Source: Nitrososphaerota archaeon
GTDB lineage: Archaea > Iainarchaeota > Iainarchaeia > Iainarchaeales > GCA-2688035
Direction: 5' to 3'
Assembly: GCA_017610265.1 (NCBI GenBank)
Contig: JAFCCH010000006.1
Location: 1 to 48,347, forward strand
DNA: 48,347 nt
Shown piece by piece: positions 31,943 to 38,120 of the stretch (positions within the stretch are counted from its first letter, which is position 1; each line of letters starts with the position of its first letter). The notes below the pieces were generated by a model, which saw only the letters and a list, made by a program, of their open reading frames with translations, had not been told where the DNA came from and did no database searches. The position numbers and the translations under genes were made by a program.

Positions 31943-32754
31943 TGGAATTAACAGTCTCGGCAATTGTTTCACTTGCATTAGTTGACTCAATTAATCCCTG
32001 TGCAATTGCAGTCTTGTCCCTTTTGATTATTGCTTATATGACACACAATCCAAAGGAAAAAAAGAAGGCATTGCTTGCAGGCTTTTTCTTTATTGCCGCA
32101 GTTTATCTTGTTTACCTTGTTTACGCACTTGTTCTTGTTGAAACAATAGGCGCTTGCATGGAGGCAATTGCTGGCTCAGAATTATTCATTTATGGAGGTT
32201 TCAGCCTTATTGCAATTGCATTAGGTGTCTTCAATGTAAAAGACTTTTTTTGGTACAAGCCAGGTGGCCTTCTTAGGGAAATGCCAATGAAATGGCGACC
32301 TGCTGTTAAAAAACTATTAAGCGGAATTGAAAGCCCTAAAGGCGGCTTTGTCCTAGGACTTTTTGTAACAGTTTTTCTCTTGCCCTGTACTATTGGCCCA
32401 TTGGTAATGGCATGTACTTTGCTTGCAAAATATGGCACGATTGCAGCAGTACCCTGGCTTTTGCTTTACAATTTTATCTTTGTTCTGCCAATGCTTGCAA
32501 TTGTAATAGCAATTTACATTGGATTAACAGTAGTTGGAAATGTAACTGAATGGAAGGACAGAAACATCAAATACCTGCACCTTATTGCAGGCGCTATAAT
32601 GGCAATTATTGGACTTTACCTTGCATGGGGCGCTGAAAATGCATTCCATATTGCACTTGGACCAATTGACCTAAACTTTTTTACAATTGGAATAATTGAA
32701 ATTCCAATACTGTTTGCAATAATCATGCTCAGGCACAAGGCAAAAAAAGAATAA
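31939..32754 (+). CDS. ccdA: CcdA/DsbD-family transmembrane thiol:disulfide electron transporter
   Basis: Polytopic membrane protein with the two conserved membrane-embedded Cys motifs 'SINPCAIAVL' and 'LLPCTIGPL'. ATGA overlap with the upstream gene. Confidence 0.75.
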   Translation: MMELTVSAIVSLALVDSINPCAIAVLSLLIIAYMTHNPKEKKKALLAGFFFIAAVYLVYLVYALVLVETIGACMEAIAGSELFIYGGFSLIAIALGVFNVKDFFWYKPGGLLREMPMKWRPAVKKLLSGIESPKGGFVLGLFVTVFLLPCTIGPLVMACTLLAKYGTIAAVPWLLLYNFIFVLPMLAIVIAIYIGLTVVGNVTEWKDRNIKYLHLIAGAIMAIIGLYLAWGAENAFHIALGPIDLNFFTIGIIEIPILFAIIMLRHKAKKE

Positions 32755-32791
32755 TGCCTTTTTCTTTTTTTCCTCAGTTAAATAATGTTAA

Positions 32792-33895
32792 ATGATTCCA
32801 AAAGATATCAGGGAACTTGTAACCTTTGTTCCAAACAAAGCAGAACCTATACATAACTGGTTTTACTATAAAGAGGGTTATTCAAGGAAATTCATCGAAT
32901 GGGCAGTTGAAGAATACAACATTACCGGTACAGTAGTTGACCCATTCTGTGGCGTTGGAACAACCTTACTTGCCTGCAAGCAGCTTGGCATTAAATCAAT
33001 TGGTTTTGACGTAAGCCCTTTGGCAGCCTTTGTTTCAGAGGCAAAAACAAGGGATTTTGACCTGGAAAAAATCAGGGAAACAAGGGACAAATTCAAAGAA
33101 ATGAAACCAAGACAGATTGGAAAATTCAAAAACAAACTTATTAGAAGACTGTTTAGGGAACAGCAGCTTGACGACATTTATTTTTACTACAAGGAAATTG
33201 ACAAAATTCAGGATCCAAAGGTTAGGGTATTGTTCTTGCTTGCATTGATTGACACCACAAGCAGAGTTGCAAATGTTGTCAAAGTAGGAGGCTCTTTAAG
33301 AAAAAAGAAAAAGCCCTCAATGCCTGTCAAAAAGCTTCTTTTGGGAAAAGTAAAGAAGATGATGATTGACTTGAAAAAGTCTCCGGCAAATGGCCCTGAA
33401 CCAGATGTCTGGCAGGATGATGCAAGAATTGTAAAGCTTGAAGAAAACAGCGTTGACGCAGTAATAACAAGCCCTCCCTATTTGAACAAGATTGAATACA
33501 CTTCTGTTTACAAAATGGAACTTGGACTGTTTTTCAAAGAGCAGGAAACAAAGTTAAGAGCCCATATCCAGGACAAGGCAACAGGCCGCGACCTCGACAC
33601 AAAAATCCCACTTATTGCAAAGGCCTACTTTGACGACATAAGAAAAGTAATGCAAAACATGTTCCATTATTTAAAGCCAGGTGGCAAGGCATTAATCGTT
33701 GTCGGTGGAGGATGCTTTCCATACGAAGTTGTTGAAAGCGACGACATACTAATCGAGGACGCTGAAAAGATTGGATTCAAAAAACTTGACAAAATTGTTG
33801 CAAGATGTGTTCACTGTATGAGACACAGAACCATCAAAGTCGGAACTGTTAGGGAAAGTATTCTTGTTCTTGAAAAGCCGATTGAAAACCCCTAA
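32792..33895 (+). CDS. SAM-dependent N-methyltransferase, probably a DNA N6-adenine/N4-cytosine MTase with motif I before motif IV
   Basis: 'VVDPFCGVGTTLLACKQLGIKSIGFDVS' (FxGxGTT...A..LG...IG, typical of the N6_N4_Mtase family) lies near residue 50. 'AVITSPPYLN' ((S/D/N)PPY catalytic motif) lies near residue 225. No endonuclease gene is adjacent. Confidence 0.55.
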   Translation: MIPKDIRELVTFVPNKAEPIHNWFYYKEGYSRKFIEWAVEEYNITGTVVDPFCGVGTTLLACKQLGIKSIGFDVSPLAAFVSEAKTRDFDLEKIRETRDKFKEMKPRQIGKFKNKLIRRLFREQQLDDIYFYYKEIDKIQDPKVRVLFLLALIDTTSRVANVVKVGGSLRKKKKPSMPVKKLLLGKVKKMMIDLKKSPANGPEPDVWQDDARIVKLEENSVDAVITSPPYLNKIEYTSVYKMELGLFFKEQETKLRAHIQDKATGRDLDTKIPLIAKAYFDDIRKVMQNMFHYLKPGGKALIVVGGGCFPYEVVESDDILIEDAEKIGFKKLDKIVARCVHCMRHRTIKVGTVRESILVLEKPIENP

Positions 33896-34001
33896 AATAT
33901 TATTAGTTAAAAAAAACCTAATTTTTTGCCTACTGGAAGATTTAAAAGCCTGGACATCATAGTATTAGCATAAATTTCAACCTATAGGGAGGTAATCTGA
34001 T

Positions 34002-34160
34002 ATGCCAGCAAAGAAACCATTTGGTGGATATGCAATTTGCTTCAAGGGATGTACAGAAACAGTTGAAGACGTCTTTGGAACAGGAAAAATTGCGCCAAGC
34101 GAGATGACCAAAAGAATTTGGGCTTACGTAAAAAAGAAGGGCATTGCAGGAAAAGATTAA
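34002..34160 (+). CDS. unlisted 52-aa protein resembling the N-terminal half of a SWIB/MDM2 domain
   Basis: My translation: MPAKKPFGGYAICFKGCTETVEDVFGTGKIAPSEMTKRIWAYVKKKGIAGKD. SD 'gggaggt' lies 8 nt upstream. '..VFG...I..SEMTKRIWAYVKKK' matches the SWIB helix pattern (R.E..K.W.YIK) as I remember it. Confidence 0.4.
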   Translation: MPAKKPFGGYAICFKGCTETVEDVFGTGKIAPSEMTKRIWAYVKKKGIAGKD

Positions 34161-34194
34161 GGCAAGCCTTTCGCCCCATTGGGGAGAAAATAAA

Positions 34195-34611
34195 ATGAAA
34201 CTAAATTTAAAAAAAATAGCTAGAGGAGGAATTGCGGCAGGTGTTGCAATCTTCGCAATCTCCTTTGTTTTTGACTATATCGTAAACATGGCTTTGCCAT
34301 ATGACATGCTTGCCCTTGGAGGAATGAGAGCAATTGACGACCCTTTGATGCTGCTGTTCTTTTTGCAGCCCTGGGTTTTGGGCTTTGCAATGGCTACAGC
34401 CTTTGAAAAGTTTAAAGGAGCTTTCAGAAGCAAGGGCTGGAAAAGGGGAAAGGCATTTGCAATTTATGTCTGGCTTTTGGTCGGGCTTCCAAGCGCATTC
34501 ATTGTTTTCACAAGCAGGACCTACCCAATTGGCTTTACCGTAAGCAGCCTTCTTGGAAGCCTGTTCTACTTGGTTGGTGCAGGCATTGTTTTGGAGAAAA
34601 CAATGGTTTAA
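34195..34611 (+). CDS. membrane protein (4 TM, 138 aa)
   Basis: 'MKLNLKKIARGGIAAGVAIFAISFVF...' is hydrophobic throughout. Start at ATG 34195 (track: 34144, which overlaps the previous ORF). Confidence 0.5.
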   Translation: MKLNLKKIARGGIAAGVAIFAISFVFDYIVNMALPYDMLALGGMRAIDDPLMLLFFLQPWVLGFAMATAFEKFKGAFRSKGWKRGKAFAIYVWLLVGLPSAFIVFTSRTYPIGFTVSSLLGSLFYLVGAGIVLEKTMV

Positions 34612-34721
34612 AGGCAAAAGAATTTCCTTTAAAAAAACAACTGCCTCCAATTATTTTAGACATTTCTTTGTTTTGATTGCAATGCAATCAAGGCAAGCAA
34701 TAACACCATATGTTAAGTGGT

Positions 34722-34793
34722 GCCCTGGTAGTCTATCGGTTAGGATACGGCCCTGTCGAGGCTGTGAGGCGGGTTCGACTCCCGCCCAGGGCG
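34722..34793 (+). tRNA. tRNA-Asp: tRNA-Asp (anticodon GTC), 72 nt, no intron, no encoded CCA
   Basis: Manual fold. Acceptor GCCCTGG/CCAGGGC; D-arm GTCT-ATCGGTTA-GGAT; anticodon arm CGGCC-CTGTCGA-GGCTG (U33, GTC, G37). Variable TGAG; T-arm GCGGG-TTCGACT-CCCGC; discriminator G. A T-rich tract follows at 34795-34809. Confidence 0.9.
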
Positions 34794-34978
34794 CTTTATT
34801 TCTTTTTTTAAAAATTAAAAAAAGCGTCTTTTTCTGAAAAACAGAAGTCGGAATTCTTGGAGAAGATTTTGGAAAAAAAGCCGAGAAAGGTGGATTTGCA
34901 ATTCAAAGAAAATGGCATTCAACTTTTGGAATTGTTGGCCCTCTTCTTTCAAGTATTGTAAGCATCATTGTCTTTATT

Positions 34979-35386
34979 TTGGTTATTCAGTTTTTTGGAA
35001 TATTTACAACAGGCATTAACTCAATGAGCACACAGCCAGTTAAGGAATTTTTGCTTTCAAACATTGGGTTTTTCTTTGTCCTAATAATCTTTTTTGGATA
35101 TGCGGATTATTTTTCAAAATGGCACCCGAGGCCCTACAAGGTTTTTTCACCGATTATTACAGCAGCAGGCCTTGTTGTAGCTATATGGATTCTGGCAAAC
35201 CTAATGATTGTGTCAGAAATATTTATTGTGGCACCAATGATGCACAATATGGCAGGTTGTATATTAGGCAAACTTGTGTGGGTCTTTGCCCTTGTTACAT
35301 TGCTTGGATATCTTTTATTGATTATCAAAATTGGAAAAAAATCAAAAAAAGGAGGCAGTTTTTGTGGCAAAAAAACAGCAAAGTAG
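34979..35386 (+). CDS. membrane protein (start uncertain; the reading frame is open from 34838)
   Basis: Multi-TM ORF upstream of a PspC-domain gene. The first canonical start is TTG 34979. The 47 in-frame codons upstream also look coding and hydrophobic ('...STFGIVGPLLSSIVSIIVFILVIQFF'). Confidence 0.5.
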   Translation: MVIQFFGIFTTGINSMSTQPVKEFLLSNIGFFFVLIIFFGYADYFSKWHPRPYKVFSPIITAAGLVVAIWILANLMIVSEIFIVAPMMHNMAGCILGKLVWVFALVTLLGYLLLIIKIGKKSKKGGSFCGKKTAK

Positions 35387-35390
35387 CCAG

Positions 35391-35591
35391 ATGAAAAAAC
35401 TCTACAGATCAAACAAGAACAAAGAAATTGGAGGAGTCTGTGGTGGCATTGGAGAATACCTTGGCGTCGACCCGGTAATAATCAGGATTATTTGGATTTT
35501 TGGAACATTCATTCTCTATGGAGGAGGAATATTACTTTACATCCTTGCATGGATTGTTATTCCGAGAAATCCGAAACACAAGTGGAATTAA
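35391..35591 (+). CDS. PspC-domain membrane protein (66 aa)
   Basis: 'KKLYRSNKNKEIGGVCGGIGEYLGVDPVIIRIIWI' is the PspC domain signature. Start at ATG 35391. Confidence 0.8.
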   Translation: MKKLYRSNKNKEIGGVCGGIGEYLGVDPVIIRIIWIFGTFILYGGGILLYILAWIVIPRNPKHKWN

Positions 35592-35607
35592 AGCAAGAGT
35601 GTTTTTT

Positions 35608-36186
35608 ATGAGCCCTGAAGAAATTGAATTAGAGCAATTGGTAAGCTTCCTTCACATTGCAGGAAAGTTAAAGAAGGAAAAGCGAAGAGGTTGGATCATT
35701 AAAGAAATACCTGAACCTGAAAGTGTTTCCGACCACTCGTTCAGGCTTGCGCTTATGGCAATGGTCTTTGCCCAAAGGCAAGGCCTTGATGTTTGCAAGA
35801 CAATTAAGATGGCAATCATCCACGACCTGCCAGAAGCAATCTGCGGAGATGTTGCAGTGAGAATAAAAGAAGAGCTGCAGCAAATTCCAAACAAGGAAAA
35901 AAAAGAAAAGGAAGAGGCCGCTCTCAAAGAAGAACTTAAATTGCTGCCGAAAGAAATTGCAAAAGACGTTGAAGAACTGTGGCGTGAGTTCGAAGCCCGT
36001 GAAACAAAGGAAGCCAAGCTTTTGTATGAGCTCGACAGGCTTGAGGCATTGTTCCAGGCAGTTGAATATGAGAAAGAAGGAAACTTTAAAGTTAGCCTGC
36101 AGGAATTCTTTGATTATGCCAATGGACGGCTCAAAAACAAGGAATTGATAGCAATTTTTGACCTTTTAATGAACGAAAGGAAGTAA
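35608..36186 (+). CDS. HD-domain phosphohydrolase (YfbR/HDDC2-type 5'-nucleotidase family)
   Basis: 'LKKEKRRGW......ESVSDHSFRLALMA' and 'AIIHDLPEAICGDV' are the H...HD...D motifs. Start at ATG 35608. Confidence 0.8.
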   Translation: MSPEEIELEQLVSFLHIAGKLKKEKRRGWIIKEIPEPESVSDHSFRLALMAMVFAQRQGLDVCKTIKMAIIHDLPEAICGDVAVRIKEELQQIPNKEKKEKEEAALKEELKLLPKEIAKDVEELWREFEARETKEAKLLYELDRLEALFQAVEYEKEGNFKVSLQEFFDYANGRLKNKELIAIFDLLMNERK

Positions 36187-36218
36187 ATGAAAAATAAGCC
36201 AAAAAAGGGTTTTTTGGC

Positions 36219-36267
36219 AACGTTTAAATGCTTTTCTATTTTTAAATACATAGATTATTTTTATAAT
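36219..36267 (+). promoter_or_regulatory. cluster of BRE/TATA-like boxes upstream of the RNAP operon
   Basis: 'aacgtttaaat' (36219-36229), 'tttttaaataca' (~36239-36250) and 'tttttataat' (36258-36267). The same 'aacgtttaaat' core occurs at 17700-17712, upstream of the FAD oxidoreductase gene. Confidence 0.45.
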
Positions 36268-36410
36268 CAGCGATTTTTTGGATAAGCGAGAGAGATTGTT
36301 TGCAATTGGTGCCACCTAAAGCGATAACCGTAGTTTCGTGGATTCAGCCAAGCGCATGCTGTTCAAAAAAATCAAATTAATGGTTGTGGTTAAACTTGCC
36401 GGTAAAAACT

Positions 36411-36641
36411 GTGATAAGATCTTTTAACGAGCATTTTCTAGTTCCAAAGCACATAATGCTTTCAAAGGAACAAGCTGCTGAACTGCTTAAAAAATACAAC
36501 CTGACTTTGGACCAGCTTCCAAAGATCCCTGTTTCTGATTCGGCAATAGCTGACTTACACCCTGCAAGGGATGACATTGTTAAAATTATTAGAACAAGCC
36601 CGACCGCGGGAAAAACTGTTTACTACAGAAGGGTAATGTGA
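36411..36641 (+). CDS. rpoH: DNA-directed RNA polymerase subunit H (Rpo5)
   Basis: 'FNEHFLVPKHIMLSKEQAAELLKKYNLTLDQLPKIPVSDSAIADLHPARDDIVKIIRTSPTAGKTVYYRRV' is canonical RpoH. I favour GTG 36411; the track starts at TTG 36384. Confidence 0.9.
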   Translation: MIRSFNEHFLVPKHIMLSKEQAAELLKKYNLTLDQLPKIPVSDSAIADLHPARDDIVKIIRTSPTAGKTVYYRRVM

Positions 36642-36645
36642 TAAA

Positions 36646-38115
36646 ATGCAAAACTGGGAAATTATTGAAGCCTATTTCAGGGATAAGAATTTTGCCCAGA
36701 TGGAAATTGACAGCTTTAACCAGTTTGTTAAAAAGAAGCTTCCGGAAATCGTTGAAGAAAACAGTGAGATTGTTCCAAAGATTGAGGAAGTTAAAATTGA
36801 ACTAAGTGACATTGAGGTTTCAAATCCAAAGATTGTTGAGGCAGACGGAAGCCCAAGATCTGAATTTTTCCCAATGGAAGCAAGGACAAGGAACAGAAGC
36901 TACAGCGGCCCACTCTCCCTTACAATGAGAATGCTTAGAAGGGACGTTGAGCAGGATATAAGACGGGCATATATTGGAGAATTGCCTATAATGCTTAAAT
37001 CAAAGCTTTGCTGGCTTAACGGCAAAAGCGATGACGAATTAATTGAAATGGGCGAAGATCCAAAAGACCCAGGTGGATACTTTATTATAAACGGTTCAGA
37101 AAAAGCACTTATGACACAGGAAGTTCTTGCAAGTGACCGTGTTTTAATTAGCGAGAATGCAAAAAAAGAAATTGACGCAGAAGTCATTTCAACAAGAGGA
37201 GCATTCAAGGGAAGAGTTCGTGTTTCAAGAAAGAACGACGGAATGCTAAACATTACTTTCCCGTCTTCTCCAAAGAAACTCAAACTGTTTGTTTTGCTAA
37301 AGGCTCTTGGACTAAAAACTTTAAGAGAATTTAAGGACGCTTTCCCTGACGAAAAAGAAATTGAAAACGACCTTCTTTTGAACTGGCAGCAAACTGTTGT
37401 AAAGACAGAGGAAGAAGCCCTTGACAGGCTTGGAAAATATGTTGCTCCAGGACAGGTTATTGATTACAGGTTAAGAAGAGCACAGGAAGTAATTGACGCA
37501 TTCCTGCTTCCGCATATTGGGCAAAAAAAAGAAGACAGGCTTACAAAAGCATATTACTTGACAATGATGGCAACAAAAGCCATTGAAAGCGCATACAACC
37601 TTAGGTCAGAGGATGACAAAGACCATTATTCAAACAAAAGACTTGAGCTTTCAGGAAAATTAATGGAGCACTTGTTTAGATACAGTTTCAAATACTTTAT
37701 CAAGGACTTAAAATTCCAAATTGACAGAACAGTTACAAGAAGAAGAAAGCTAAACATCAGCACAGTTGTAAGACCAGGAGCCGTAAGCGAAAGAATCAGG
37801 TTTGCAATGTCAACAGGAAACTGGATTGGTAGGGCAACCGGAGTAAGCAAGTTTATGGACAGAGTAAATTACCTTAGCCCTTTAACCGACTTAAGAAAAG
37901 TAAAAAGCCCGCTTAATAAAAATCGTGAGCTTTACGAAGCAAGGGACGTGCACGGCACACACTGGGGAAGGCTTGGACCTGTAGAAACACCTGACGGACC
38001 ACAGTGTGGACTTGTGAAAAACCTAGCCCTAATGGCAGAGGTAACCACTGAGTCAGAGGAAGCTCCAATCGAAGAGCTTTTGCACAAAAAGGGCGTAAAA
38101 ATGAGGAAGTTGTGA
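36646..38115 (+). CDS. rpoB2: DNA-directed RNA polymerase subunit B'' (N-terminal half of split Rpo2)
   Basis: 489 aa. 'SFNQFV', 'GGYFIINGSEKALMTQE', 'DDKDHYSNKRLELSG' and 'THWGRLGPVETPDGPQCGLVKNLAL'. Confidence 0.95.
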   Translation: MQNWEIIEAYFRDKNFAQMEIDSFNQFVKKKLPEIVEENSEIVPKIEEVKIELSDIEVSNPKIVEADGSPRSEFFPMEARTRNRSYSGPLSLTMRMLRRDVEQDIRRAYIGELPIMLKSKLCWLNGKSDDELIEMGEDPKDPGGYFIINGSEKALMTQEVLASDRVLISENAKKEIDAEVISTRGAFKGRVRVSRKNDGMLNITFPSSPKKLKLFVLLKALGLKTLREFKDAFPDEKEIENDLLLNWQQTVVKTEEEALDRLGKYVAPGQVIDYRLRRAQEVIDAFLLPHIGQKKEDRLTKAYYLTMMATKAIESAYNLRSEDDKDHYSNKRLELSGKLMEHLFRYSFKYFIKDLKFQIDRTVTRRRKLNISTVVRPGAVSERIRFAMSTGNWIGRATGVSKFMDRVNYLSPLTDLRKVKSPLNKNRELYEARDVHGTHWGRLGPVETPDGPQCGLVKNLALMAEVTTESEEAPIEELLHKKGVKMRKL

Positions 38116-38120
38116 TAATT

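Noticed and set aside
13790-32760. The island as a mobile element or genomic island acquired by HGT
   Set aside because: I saw no integrase, transposase, flanking direct repeats or obvious compositional break by eye, and the only tRNA lies outside the island at 34722. HGT cannot be assessed without composition statistics or phylogenies, so no claim is made.
34720-34795. Extended helix beyond the tRNA-Asp acceptor stem (G34720/T34721 pairing with G34793/C34794), as a possible BHB or intron-like feature
   Set aside because: Only two extra pairs are involved, one of them a G-U. The anticodon loop is a standard 7 nt with no bulge-helix-bulge motif. This is most simply a fortuitous flank complementarity.
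36355-36426. 23-codon micro-ORF (MLFKKIKLMVVVKLAGKNCDKIF) in the rpoH leader
   Set aside because: It has no SD, it overlaps the probable rpoH start region, and its composition is typical of random AT-rich sequence. It is mentioned only as part of the long-leader observation.
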